Positions 7,914 to 16,856 of a DNA stretch of 42,980 bases are shown here, in pieces. Each line of letters starts with the position of its first letter. Position 1 is the stretch's first letter. Source of the stretch: Bdellovibrionota bacterium (GTDB taxonomy: Bacteria > Bdellovibrionota_C > UBA2361 > OMII01); contig JBBALZ010000003.1 of NCBI GenBank assembly GCA_040402735.1, positions 1-42,980 of the forward strand, read 5' to 3'. Position numbers and translations under genes: made by a program. The notes under the pieces were generated by a model that did no database searches, was not told the origin of the DNA, and worked only from the letters and a program-made list of their open reading frames with translations.

Positions 7914-8031
7914 ATAAACTCTTCCGGCACGAATTCAAGAATCTCCTCGTGCTCAAAGAGGCTTGCAAAGAATTTCTCATCTCCAGAAATACCTTTATTA
8001 CGGAATACTCGACGGCCCGATTGACTTCCAC
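7914..8031 (-). pseudogene. truncated, frameshifted remnant of the SnoaL-like gene
   Basis: 118 nt are nearly identical to 7087-7215 of the intact gene, except for a few substitutions and an 11-nt deletion (TAGGTTCCAAAATACGG becomes TTACGG). Homology starts at the first base after the B2 terminal repeat. Confidence 0.85.
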
Positions 8032-8036
8032 CTTAA

Positions 8037-8070
8037 AGCCTCATTCATTTTTTCTAAAATGAATGAGGCT
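8037..8070 (-). terminator. perfect 15-bp hairpin downstream of the antiporter gene (candidate intrinsic or bidirectional terminator)
   Basis: AGCCTCATTCATTTT-TTCT-AAAATGAATGAGGCT, 13 nt after the stop at 8083. There is no strong U-tract on the minus strand, so the call is tentative. Confidence 0.45.
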
Positions 8071-8082
8071 GGGTTTAGAACG

Positions 8083-9321
8083 TTAGCCGGCTTCTCCAGC
8101 TGCGAACCGCAGAAGTCGCGGTAAAGTAACACCCTGAACAAGAACAGAGAACAAAACCACGAGATAAGTACATACAACTAAAAGGTTGCGCCACTCACCC
8201 TCTGGAAGCGACAAGGCCAGCGCGACTGAGATAGCGCCCCGAAGCCCTCCCCAGGTTAGAACCTTAACCAGATGTGGCCCAACTTGTCTGGCAGAGGCTA
8301 GCCCTTTTACCACCAATCCAACACTGACAAAGCGACTCACCAACATCGCGCATACTGCAAGTATGCCAGCTATTACGTACTCACCTGCAATATTCAAGGT
8401 GACGATCTCTAGACCAACTAAAACAAATAGCAACACATTTAGAAGCTCATCTACCAGCTCCCAGAACATATCAAGGTGCTCGCGAGTTTTATAAGACATA
8501 GCGAGCATACGTCCCTGATTACCGATGATAAGCCCGGCTACTACTACGCAGATTGGTGCTGACACATGCAGAAATTCAGCCAAACTGTACCCGCCCATAG
8601 CGAGCGCTAAGGTTAGCAATATCTCTACTACATAGTCATCGGCTGCTTTGATAAGTTGATAAGCTATCCAGCCAAGCGCTAGCCCTAGCGCTACACCACC
8701 AAGAACCTCTGCTGCTAGCGTAGTCGCCACTGCACCTGCTTCGAACCCAGCACCATACGCAATCGCAGAGATCGCCAGGAATACCACAACACCTATACCA
8801 TCATTGAACAGAGATTCACCTACCAGCGTAAGTTCAACGCTCTTGGGGACTCCAACCTTCCTCATAATCCCTAAAACAGCGACTGCATCTGTTGGTGATA
8901 CGACAGCCCCGAAAAGCAACGCTATGACGAAGGGAATCTGAACACCCACAAGTGCAAGGAGTGACCAGAACAACACGCCCGTGATAGCCACTCCGGCCAC
9001 TACTCCGAAGCTCGCGAGAACAAGAACGATCTTCTTGTGCAGTCGCAGCTCCTCAAGATTCACACTCAGACCACCTGCAAAGAGGAGTAATCCCAAAATT
9101 ACATGCAGCACAAGATGCTGAAAATCGAATAGATTAACGAAGCTACTTACCCGTGACATATCAACGATCCCCATCTTACCGAAAACGATCGCCACCACCG
9201 AGAACAGCAAGCTGATACTCATCACGCCGATAGCAGCAGGTAGTCTGACAAAACGGTGATTACCCCATGCGCACAAAGCAGCGATAGCCATGAGAATGCT
9301 GACTGATTGAATATGGTCCAT
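8083..9321 (-). CDS. Na+/H+ antiporter, CPA1 (NhaP-type) family
   Basis: About 12 hydrophobic helices, an SPTDAVAV motif and GESLFNDG, typical of CPA1 exchangers. The start is moved to the ATG at 9321 (MDHIQSV), which is preceded by GGAGGAGG. Confidence 0.85.
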   Translation of the reverse strand: MDHIQSVSILMAIAALCAWGNHRFVRLPAAIGVMSISLLFSVVAIVFGKMGIVDMSRVSSFVNLFDFQHLVLHVILGLLLFAGGLSVNLEELRLHKKIVLVLASFGVVAGVAITGVLFWSLLALVGVQIPFVIALLFGAVVSPTDAVAVLGIMRKVGVPKSVELTLVGESLFNDGIGVVVFLAISAIAYGAGFEAGAVATTLAAEVLGGVALGLALGWIAYQLIKAADDYVVEILLTLALAMGGYSLAEFLHVSAPICVVVAGLIIGNQGRMLAMSYKTREHLDMFWELVDELLNVLLFVLVGLEIVTLNIAGEYVIAGILAVCAMLVSRFVSVGLVVKGLASARQVGPHLVKVLTWGGLRGAISVALALSLPEGEWRNLLVVCTYLVVLFSVLVQGVTLPRLLRFAAGEAG

Positions 9322-9444
9322 ACTGATTCCTCCTCCAATATCGTCACAGACTCCCCCCGTACAGGACAAGAGGCTGTATTAGGCTTGATACGATCCCAAC
9401 CAACAGCGTATCGTCCAAGTCTGTTCGATTGACAAAATAGTACT

Positions 9445-10614
9445 ATGAACACCATCCTTGCTTGGAGCTTATCTCAGGGCGCCAATGCCCTCAATGTGCT
9501 GGCGGGTATCTGCATCGCTCATATCGTTTCCCCCTACGAGTTCAGCCGCTTTGCAACCTTGTCCGCCGCAATAGCCATAATGTCCGCAGTGCTTAATCCA
9601 ATGATTAACGAGATCGCGCAGCGAGTTGCGCGGGACCGCATCATTGAGATTACAGCGCTTCGCTCCAGGACGCTATTTGCTATCGCCACTTGTTGTGGGA
9701 TCGGAGTGATCGCCTGCGCCTCGATTGTAACCACCTCTTTGGAAGCAGCTCTCGTCTACGTACTAATTCCGATCCTACTTGTAGGGCAGTCATGGGCTGT
9801 CGGATTCTTTTACGGCCTGCACCGCATGGTAGCAGTGGGCTCCGTGCTATGCGTGGCGAGCATCCTTCGTCTTGTGATATTACTCGGTCTCATGTGGACC
9901 GGATTCATCTTTGGTGGCATCGCTCTATCATATCTAGTCGGCTTTCTCCTGACAGTGATTGCTTCGCAGTATCTACTCTCTAGTCACATTCGAGCATCCC
10001 GCAGCAAAGACTGGACCACAAACTGGAAGCTGCTCTGCGGGTTCTTTCTTCTTGCTCTGCCATTCTCAGTTGACCAACCGATTATCCAAGCTATCTTTCC
10101 TGAATCGTCAGCAGACTACGCGGCACTCATGACCTACGCGCGCAGTGTGATGCTACTAGCTGGACCAGCTCTGACAATCGTGTATAGCACGCTGATTCAG
10201 CACCAATCCGACCAGCAGCTACTATCCAAGAGCCCCGGCCTACTCTCCTCGCTCCTAATCGCTACGATACTGGCAGGTGGGCTCGCGCTCACCCTTTGGC
10301 TCTGCAACCCTATTCTGTTTCCTCTCCTTCTTGGTTCTAAATACTTGCATCTAACCCCTTACCTAGCTACCGCTCTAGCTGCTATGGCACTCTGCGTAGT
10401 TTCGTATTTTTTGGTACAGCGCTTATTGCTTTCATGTACTTGGTGGCTCTGCGCTGCTCTAGCGCTTCCAGTAATAGTGCAGGGACTACTTTTTGCGTTG
10501 CGCTCCACGCCATCGATTGCTCAGCTTACTGTGGTCTCAGTGGTAACATTCTCCCTTCAATGCGCGATAGCTGTCGGGGCAACTTATCTTGACTATAAGG
10601 GAATGCAATCATAG
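9445..10614 (+). CDS. polytopic membrane protein, oligosaccharide flippase (Wzx/MOP)-like
   Basis: 389 aa and entirely hydrophobic-helical. Its stop overlaps the GTG start of the downstream glycosyltransferase (TAGTG). The family call is based on context and topology only. Confidence 0.5.
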   Translation: MNTILAWSLSQGANALNVLAGICIAHIVSPYEFSRFATLSAAIAIMSAVLNPMINEIAQRVARDRIIEITALRSRTLFAIATCCGIGVIACASIVTTSLEAALVYVLIPILLVGQSWAVGFFYGLHRMVAVGSVLCVASILRLVILLGLMWTGFIFGGIALSYLVGFLLTVIASQYLLSSHIRASRSKDWTTNWKLLCGFFLLALPFSVDQPIIQAIFPESSADYAALMTYARSVMLLAGPALTIVYSTLIQHQSDQQLLSKSPGLLSSLLIATILAGGLALTLWLCNPILFPLLLGSKYLHLTPYLATALAAMALCVVSYFLVQRLLLSCTWWLCAALALPVIVQGLLFALRSTPSIAQLTVVSVVTFSLQCAIAVGATYLDYKGMQS

Positions 10615-11786
10615 TGGCTCGTCGCATACTGTACTTACATCCGCACTTCACCCTCCCTGGCGGGGCTGGAAGACACGCCCTTGAGACAGGCAGAGTGCTT
10701 GCATCTCGTGGTTGGGATGTGCATATCGCAAGCATCCGAAACCGCGAGAATCTAATCGCTGACAGTAGGCTGCAGATTAAATTTCACTCGCTAGGCGGGC
10801 CTTTATCAAGCTCTCTTTGGTACTGGCCACATCTACCAATCCTTGCGCAGCGAGTGTTGCGCTGCATTGATACACTTCAACCGGACATCGTATTCTCACA
10901 GGTGTTTCCGGCTAACTGGTGGGGATTTATCGCTCGGCTGCTTCGTGGTCATAAGTTTCAACACGTCTGGATGTGTCAAGAACCGTCAGCTTTTATTCAC
11001 TCCCGACGTTGGATCGACTCACTTCCGTACTCGATTACTGGGATTGCTGCTCGTCTGGGTAATCCGTTGCTCAAGGCTATTGATGTGAGGCTGGCACGAC
11101 ACGTTGACTACGTCTTTGCCAATTCGCACTTTTCGCGACAGTTAGCATTCGATGCATACGACTATACGCCGGAATCAGTTGGAATCTGCTATCCGGGAGT
11201 TGACGTCGATCGCTTTACATATTGCGCTAAAACTCCGCGCCTGACCTACAAGTTTATTACCTGCGCTCGGCTCAGTAAGTTCAAGAACATCGACCGCATT
11301 ATTAAAGCACTCACGCACATTGCGGACGATCGAGTTACCCTGACTGTGATTGGACGAGGAGAGGAGTACGGGCACCTAGTGCAACTTGCACAAACGCTTA
11401 ATCTTCAGCAGCGCGTTACATTCCTGCAAACTGTTTCAGATAACCAGATGATCCATGAGCTACGTTCAAGTTACGGACTCATTCACGCTGCCGAGGAGGA
11501 GCCCTTTGGGCTAACGCCTGTTGAAGCTATGGCATGCGGAACCCCTGTCATTGCTATGCAGAATGGTGGGCCAGCTGAAACTGTCGTACACAAAACTACT
11601 GGCTACCTTTGTGCTAATTCCCACGAGGATACCATAGCACAAGCTATAACGTGGTTGATTGAGCAAGAACCGCGCACCCAAATGATGAGCTCCGCTTGCG
11701 TTCAACGAGCACAACTGTTTACCTGGGAGTCCGCAGCTACGAGTTTGGAAGATGCATTTTCAAGGCTACAGGGGGATAAGCGTTAG
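10614..11786 (+). CDS. glycosyltransferase family 4 (Glycos_transf_1)
   Basis: C-terminal EEEPFGLTPVEAMACGTPVIA (E-x7-E region) and a typical GT-B length (390 aa). Confidence 0.85.
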   Translation: MARRILYLHPHFTLPGGAGRHALETGRVLASRGWDVHIASIRNRENLIADSRLQIKFHSLGGPLSSSLWYWPHLPILAQRVLRCIDTLQPDIVFSQVFPANWWGFIARLLRGHKFQHVWMCQEPSAFIHSRRWIDSLPYSITGIAARLGNPLLKAIDVRLARHVDYVFANSHFSRQLAFDAYDYTPESVGICYPGVDVDRFTYCAKTPRLTYKFITCARLSKFKNIDRIIKALTHIADDRVTLTVIGRGEEYGHLVQLAQTLNLQQRVTFLQTVSDNQMIHELRSSYGLIHAAEEEPFGLTPVEAMACGTPVIAMQNGGPAETVVHKTTGYLCANSHEDTIAQAITWLIEQEPRTQMMSSACVQRAQLFTWESAATSLEDAFSRLQGDKR

Positions 11787-12721
11787 CTCGCAAGAGCTCC
11801 GGTCTCAAGTGCCCAAGCATAAGTACGCTCCAGCCCCTCGCGCAAAGAAACCCGTGCATTCCAGCCCATAGCATTTATTCTTGATACATCGAGCACCTTG
11901 CGCATCATCCCATCGGGCTTGCTGCGGTCGTACACTATTTGCCCCTCAAAGCCGACAACTTCTCTCATCAGCGCGGCCAATTCCGAAATAGAAACATCCA
12001 CGCCCGTTCCTACATTGATCGTTCCGGCTTCTTCGTAACGCTCCATCAGGGCCAAGAGCGCCTCAACCAGGTCGGTTATAAATAGAAACTCGCGCATCGG
12101 ACTGCCGCTACCCCAGATCGTCACCTGCGGAGCGCTGGAAATCTTGGCTTCGTGGAATCTCCGCATCATCCCCGGGATAACGTGAGAGTGGTCCGGATGA
12201 AAATTGTCCCCAGGGCCATAGAGGTTAGTAGGCATCGCCGAGATAAAATTACACCCGTACTGCTGACGATACTTTTCACACAATTTAAGCCCGACAATTT
12301 TCGCTAGGGCATACCCCTCGTTTGTTGGCTCAAGAGGGCCAGAAAGCAAACTGTCTTCGCGTATCGGCTGGGTGGCTTGTCGCGGATAGATACATGAACT
12401 GCCGAGAAAGAGAAGTTTCTTAACCCCTGAACGGTGCGCTGCGTGAATGACATTCGCAGCCAATGCGACATTTTCATAGAGAAAATCAGCCTGATACTGA
12501 TTATTAAAGAGGATTCCGCCAACTTTTGCCGCACTAACTATCACGTACTCAGGTCGTTCCGTTTCAAAGAATCGCTCAACGGCACGTTGATCTAACAGTT
12601 CTAACTCGCTACGCGTAGGCGCTATAATGTTAGTAAAGCCGCGCTCCTTGAATAGCCTCATTAGGTTACTACCGACGAGTCCCCTTGGGCCCGCTATATA
12701 TATTGAAGAGCTCTTCTGCAT
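11783..12721 (-). CDS. fcl: GDP-L-fucose synthase (GDP-4-keto-6-deoxymannose 3,5-epimerase/4-reductase)
   Basis: Rossmann IYIAGPRGLVGSNL, catalytic YALAKI (YxxxK), and conserved PTNLYGPGDNF and WGSGSPMREFL. The start is set to the ATG at 12721 (MQKSSS), giving about 312 aa. Confidence 0.9.
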   Translation of the reverse strand: MQKSSSIYIAGPRGLVGSNLMRLFKERGFTNIIAPTRSELELLDQRAVERFFETERPEYVIVSAAKVGGILFNNQYQADFLYENVALAANVIHAAHRSGVKKLLFLGSSCIYPRQATQPIREDSLLSGPLEPTNEGYALAKIVGLKLCEKYRQQYGCNFISAMPTNLYGPGDNFHPDHSHVIPGMMRRFHEAKISSAPQVTIWGSGSPMREFLFITDLVEALLALMERYEEAGTINVGTGVDVSISELAALMREVVGFEGQIVYDRSKPDGMMRKVLDVSRINAMGWNARVSLREGLERTYAWALETGALAS

Positions 12722-12963
12722 CCCGTCACGTACTCCCTTCGGCTTTAGGCTCACTTTCAAGCAGGCTGTGCCGATCGTTTCTGACTAAAACTATTCATCT
12801 ATTCCTAAGCAGTGAATAGCCTACAACATTTGTAACTACTCAGGATAGCCTGTTGCCTCACGCCAGTTAATTGCTGCTCCCTCTCTCTCTTTCTTGCTAT
12901 CTGCCTAGGTTTTGATCGGGATAACAATACGTGCCTAAGAGAGTCACTTTGCGCCATATCGGT

Positions 12964-12985
12964 TATAATGTGCAAATTACACATT
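12964..12985 (+). promoter_or_regulatory. candidate -10 box overlapped by an inverted repeat (possible operator) upstream of the 13.0-17.7 kb cluster
   Basis: TATAAT at 12964-12969. AATGTG (12967-12972) and CACATT (12980-12985) form a 6-nt inverted repeat with a 7-nt spacer. No convincing -35 box. Confidence 0.25.
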
Positions 12986-13050
12986 GCGCTTTGACTCGCA
13001 AAGTACTATTTTAAAGCGAGTACAGCTGATTAAAAACTCTCTTGTGTAAA

Positions 13051-13863
13051 ATGCCCATCCATAACGCTTCAAGCTCTATCATAAAAAACCTTCTACGACC
13101 AGCGGTGCGCTTTGCGCTACGTCGAGGAATAAAGGTGCGAACTATCGTTGAGGAGCTAAAGGCGCTTCTCGTAGAGGAGGCTCAGCGCGAGCTCACCAGA
13201 TCAAAAGAAGAGCTTACGGTTAGCAAACTAAGCGTTATGACCGGCCTGCAACGTCGAGATGTTCAGCGCATATCGAGTTCGCATGCCGAGCCCACAGAAC
13301 ACCTAGATCTGATGACTCGTGTTGTCGGAATGTGGACAACTAGCGAGCGTTTCTCACGCGGCTCTAAGCCGCATGCTCTCTCCTTTGAAGGACCCTCAAG
13401 CGACTTTGCCGAACTGGTTAAGAGCGTCAGTATGGATCTAAATGCCAGCACAGTGCTCTTTGAGCTTGAGAGATTGGGGCTCGTTAAGCGCTCCGGGCCT
13501 GAGCTTGAGCTTGTATGGAATGCCTATCAGATATCTGGCGACAGCGATGATGCCTACACCCTGCTTGAAAGAGATATAACGTATCTAGTTGAAGCGGTTG
13601 ATGCTAACATTACCCGTTCAGCACCAGTTCCGAATCTTCATATCTCCACCCAATTTGATAACGTTACCACTGCCGAAGCATGCTCCATACGAGAGTGGCT
13701 ACTCAAAAAAGGTGCGGATCTCCACGCTGAAGCGCGGGAATTTATCGGATCGTTGGACAAAGATATAAATCCGACTCGTTATGCAGATCCAGGAGGTATG
13801 AAGGTGTGCCTTACTTCATTTAGTCTCTGTGAATTGCCGGAGGTCCGCGATGAGAACAAATAG
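13051..13863 (+). CDS. hypothetical protein with N-terminal helix-turn-helix-like region (DUF6502-like, recalled from memory)
   Basis: LLRPAVRFALRRGIKVRTIVEELKALLVEEA ... LSVMTGLQRRDVQRIS resembles the N-terminal pattern I recall for DUF6502 proteins. The ATG at 13051 is preferred over the TTG at 13042. Confidence 0.5.
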   Translation: MPIHNASSSIIKNLLRPAVRFALRRGIKVRTIVEELKALLVEEAQRELTRSKEELTVSKLSVMTGLQRRDVQRISSSHAEPTEHLDLMTRVVGMWTTSERFSRGSKPHALSFEGPSSDFAELVKSVSMDLNASTVLFELERLGLVKRSGPELELVWNAYQISGDSDDAYTLLERDITYLVEAVDANITRSAPVPNLHISTQFDNVTTAEACSIREWLLKKGADLHAEAREFIGSLDKDINPTRYADPGGMKVCLTSFSLCELPEVRDENK

Positions 13864-14620
13864 CGCTGCTGCCGGCAACAATATCCTCATCGGTTTTTTC
13901 TCACTTCTGTTGGTAATCGTACTAGTGCTGATGGGCTGCGGCGGTGGCTCTGCCGGCACAGGCACTGGTACCGGCCCTGTCGTACTTGTTCAGGGTGCCG
14001 TACTCGATGAATCTGGAATTCCGGTAATGGATGTCAAAGTACGCGTCCTTGAAACTGGGAGTGAGGACACGACCTCGGCAACTGGAGAATTTGAGCTGAC
14101 AACCGAGCCGGAATCGGGGGAAGTGACTCTTGAGATATCATCGATTAATGGTGTGGCCTACGTCACAGTTGATATTCCTGAGGAGGGTGGCACTGTCTCT
14201 GTGACGCTCACCGTCAATCCGCGATTAACCGAGATAAATAGCGACACCCTAGAGGTTGGAGCGGCGATAGTTGGTCGTTGCGACATCTACTTTGAAAATC
14301 GCCTCGTTATTCGACAAGCTAACAAAGTGCCTGGAGATCTGCGCTGCGTTGCCAAGGTAACGATTGCAGCCGATAGTCGTCGATTGGCTCAGGTTCCGTT
14401 TATAGTACAATATCAGGATTGCGACGGGCTAAATCCGTGGGTGACCGTAGCCGCCGGCAGCACCATGAAGAAACCCAATCGTGGAATTGGTCAGGTTGAA
14501 TTTCCCTTTCTAGATGATGAAATTCATTGTGTTTATCGCATATTAGCGCCGGTTGGAGTACGTGGACTGCCTGAGTTGGAACGCCGCATACATACCCTTA
14601 CGTATCAACGAGGGCGATAA
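13850..14620 (+). CDS. lipoprotein with carboxypeptidase-regulatory-like (Ig-like beta-sandwich) domain
   Basis: Lipobox LVLMGC followed by a Gly/Thr linker. GAVLDESGIPVMDVKVRVLETGSEDTTSATGEFEL matches the CarboxypepD_reg pattern. Overlaps the upstream stop by 14 nt. Confidence 0.6.
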   Translation: MRTNSAAAGNNILIGFFSLLLVIVLVLMGCGGGSAGTGTGTGPVVLVQGAVLDESGIPVMDVKVRVLETGSEDTTSATGEFELTTEPESGEVTLEISSINGVAYVTVDIPEEGGTVSVTLTVNPRLTEINSDTLEVGAAIVGRCDIYFENRLVIRQANKVPGDLRCVAKVTIAADSRRLAQVPFIVQYQDCDGLNPWVTVAAGSTMKKPNRGIGQVEFPFLDDEIHCVYRILAPVGVRGLPELERRIHTLTYQRGR

Positions 14621-14696
14621 TCACCTTTTCCTTTAAAGCAGTGGTTGTATTACAATTCTACTATGACCATCAGAAAATGAGAGGGCTAAAACTGAT

Positions 14697-15185
14697 ATGA
14701 ACGACTCAAGCCACAAGAATAGAACACCGAGAGATCTTGCATCAGTATCAACTGACAGCTTACTCGATCAGATGAAAGCGCTGCAAAGTCAAAAAAACTC
14801 AAAGAGCTCTCAGCATATCGATGTGCAGCTTGCTACTGCTATGATCTTGGTTGAAGTAGCATCATCCGACCACATGGTCGATCGCTTTGAAAAATCAGTG
14901 ATCCTTAACAGCCTTAAATCCATCTTCAGAATCTCGGATGAGAATGCAGCTGGGCTCTTGGCAAAAGCTCGGAGCGCTCTATCAAGCATGCGTAGCAGCT
15001 CTGCGGAGGCAAGCATGCTTAAGGATCACTTAGATCCTGCCACAAAACGCGCCGTAGCCAACACTATCGACACCCTGATTCGTTGTAATGGGGTCATTGA
15101 TTCGATGGAAGTTTACCTACGACATAGATTTCGCTCACTTTTAGGACTACCCGATGAGCCCCTTCCTCCGCGATCTGATGTGTAG
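14697..15185 (+). CDS. TerB-like (tellurite-resistance TerB / DjlA N-terminal fold) protein
   Basis: 162 aa. ATAMILVEVASSDHMVDRFEKSVILNSLKSIFRISDENAAGLL resembles the TerB-family helical repeat. The call is moderate. Confidence 0.5.
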   Translation: MNDSSHKNRTPRDLASVSTDSLLDQMKALQSQKNSKSSQHIDVQLATAMILVEVASSDHMVDRFEKSVILNSLKSIFRISDENAAGLLAKARSALSSMRSSSAEASMLKDHLDPATKRAVANTIDTLIRCNGVIDSMEVYLRHRFRSLLGLPDEPLPPRSDV

Positions 15186-15270
15186 CTAGACGCAATCGGC
15201 TGCACTACCGCGCCTATATCAGCGACTGGTTACGCAACTTTTTAGCCCATGACTTCGATAAGTATAGCGT

Positions 15271-15735
15271 ATGCCCACTACGCTACGCAGCTATGCCAAC
15301 TACACAAAGAGATCTCTAGCTCAAAAGGGATTTTCACTCCTTGAAACGCTCTTAGTAGTCAGTTTTATAGGTATTGTTACAACCTTAGCGATCCCTCAAT
15401 TTCGCTCGCACACTATCGGATTGGCGCTACTCTCTGAGGCTACGGCTCTGCAGAGCTTTATCGAACTCGGAGCTGCATACGCTCTTACATCTCGCTCTGT
15501 AGTTTCGATTACTGCAGCAAACGAGGTGCTGATAGCCAGCAGCTCTGAGGGCGTAGCCCTGGCCTCACACCGAATAAGCCATGGTGTGTCGCTAGACCTA
15601 CCTAACAGCAGCGCACTCCCACTGTATCTCTATCCCTCTATATCAGCTTCGCCAGCTACCCTGGTAGTAACCAAAAGCAACCGCAAATGTTCGGTAATTA
15701 TCTCTCTGCGCGGCCGAGTTCGGACGGCGTGTTAA
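15271..15735 (+). CDS. GspH/FimU-like minor (pseudo)pilin
   Basis: Class III signal: 20-aa basic leader, then G|FSLLETLLVVSFIGIVTTLAIPQF (Glu at +5). 154 aa. Confidence 0.7.
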   Translation: MPTTLRSYANYTKRSLAQKGFSLLETLLVVSFIGIVTTLAIPQFRSHTIGLALLSEATALQSFIELGAAYALTSRSVVSITAANEVLIASSSEGVALASHRISHGVSLDLPNSSALPLYLYPSISASPATLVVTKSNRKCSVIISLRGRVRTAC

Positions 15736-15749
15736 GCAAAGGGCTCACC

Positions 15750-16019
15750 ATGAAACGCAACAATACATTCTGTAACAAGCCACAGATCAAACCTAATCTC
15801 TATAATCACTCCGGATATACGATTATCGAAGCACTTATAGCCACCGCCATGACTTCTATTGTCGGTCTAGGCATCTGGCAGCTTGTTGCCTCTAGCTGCG
15901 ACCTTACTTATAGAAGCTTCCGCTTTGCTCAACCCGACTGCGATCAACCTTCGTGCACCGAAGCCACTCAGGGCCTACGGTGTCGTTGTGACAATCAACA
16001 CTATTTTATTGTGCGCTAA
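15750..16019 (+). CDS. GspI/PilV-like minor (pseudo)pilin
   Basis: The internal ATG at 15750 gives an 89-aa protein with G|YTIIEALIATAMTSIV (Glu +5) and a Cys-rich C-terminus. Confidence 0.6.
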   Translation: MKRNNTFCNKPQIKPNLYNHSGYTIIEALIATAMTSIVGLGIWQLVASSCDLTYRSFRFAQPDCDQPSCTEATQGLRCRCDNQHYFIVR

Positions 16020-16022
16020 TCT

Positions 16023-16856
16023 ATGCGTGGCTACTCACTAATCGAATGTATCTGCTCACTGTGCATAGTTGGATTACTTACTGCTGGCATAGCGCACCTG
16101 GTTCACCGCTCATCATCCACCCTTGGAGCGATCTCAACAACCTTAGAGCAACGTTTTACCATGACGAAAGCCGGTATAGTCCTCTCTGCTGCTCTCGCAG
16201 CGCATGAACGAATGCATCTACCAGATGTAGTAACTATTACTAACGGATCTGCTCCAAACACCCGGCACGGCGGATTGCACCCAGTAGCCGCGCTCAAGGG
16301 AAATACACGCCCACGAACTAACTCTGCTATCCTATCAATCGTTGAAGTAGCACCTCGCTTCCGAGGTCGAATCACTAAGAGCTCATTTAGCGATCAGTCG
16401 ATAAATATAGACGTATGCGATAGTAGCGCAATTCCTGGTCCGAATACCTTTAGAAGCCATGTGGCGATCGGCTTGGCTGGACTATGCCAACTTACGGGAA
16501 CCCCTGAACGTACTTATGGTGGCTGCTTTACTCTAACTGGGAAAGCAGTTCAGGGTCTGCTCTCTAGCGAATGTGCCATAAACTCGCTGCTAGAATACAT
16601 ACCTGTTAGCCGTGAGTTCTCGGTGTATGTCGATGCGACTGGCGAGCTACGACTTATCTCTCACGTTGGTCAACGAATTATTGAAAATCAGCCGATCGTT
16701 CGCGGTCTTAGGTCAATCGATATCAATGCACTTAGTGTTTCTTCTAAGGGGCTAATCTATAGACTAGATCTAAACGCAACTGCCACCCGCTCACATCGAT
16801 TCTACTGGGCTGCTGGCCTTACCATGGGATCTCTATGGAACGAAGTGCTGCTCTAA
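16023..16856 (+). CDS. GspJ/PilW-like minor (pseudo)pilin
   Basis: MRG|YSLIECICSLCIVGLL prepilin-type N-terminus (Glu +5). 277 aa. Starts 3 nt after the upstream stop. Confidence 0.6.
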   Translation: MRGYSLIECICSLCIVGLLTAGIAHLVHRSSSTLGAISTTLEQRFTMTKAGIVLSAALAAHERMHLPDVVTITNGSAPNTRHGGLHPVAALKGNTRPRTNSAILSIVEVAPRFRGRITKSSFSDQSINIDVCDSSAIPGPNTFRSHVAIGLAGLCQLTGTPERTYGGCFTLTGKAVQGLLSSECAINSLLEYIPVSREFSVYVDATGELRLISHVGQRIIENQPIVRGLRSIDINALSVSSKGLIYRLDLNATATRSHRFYWAAGLTMGSLWNEVLL

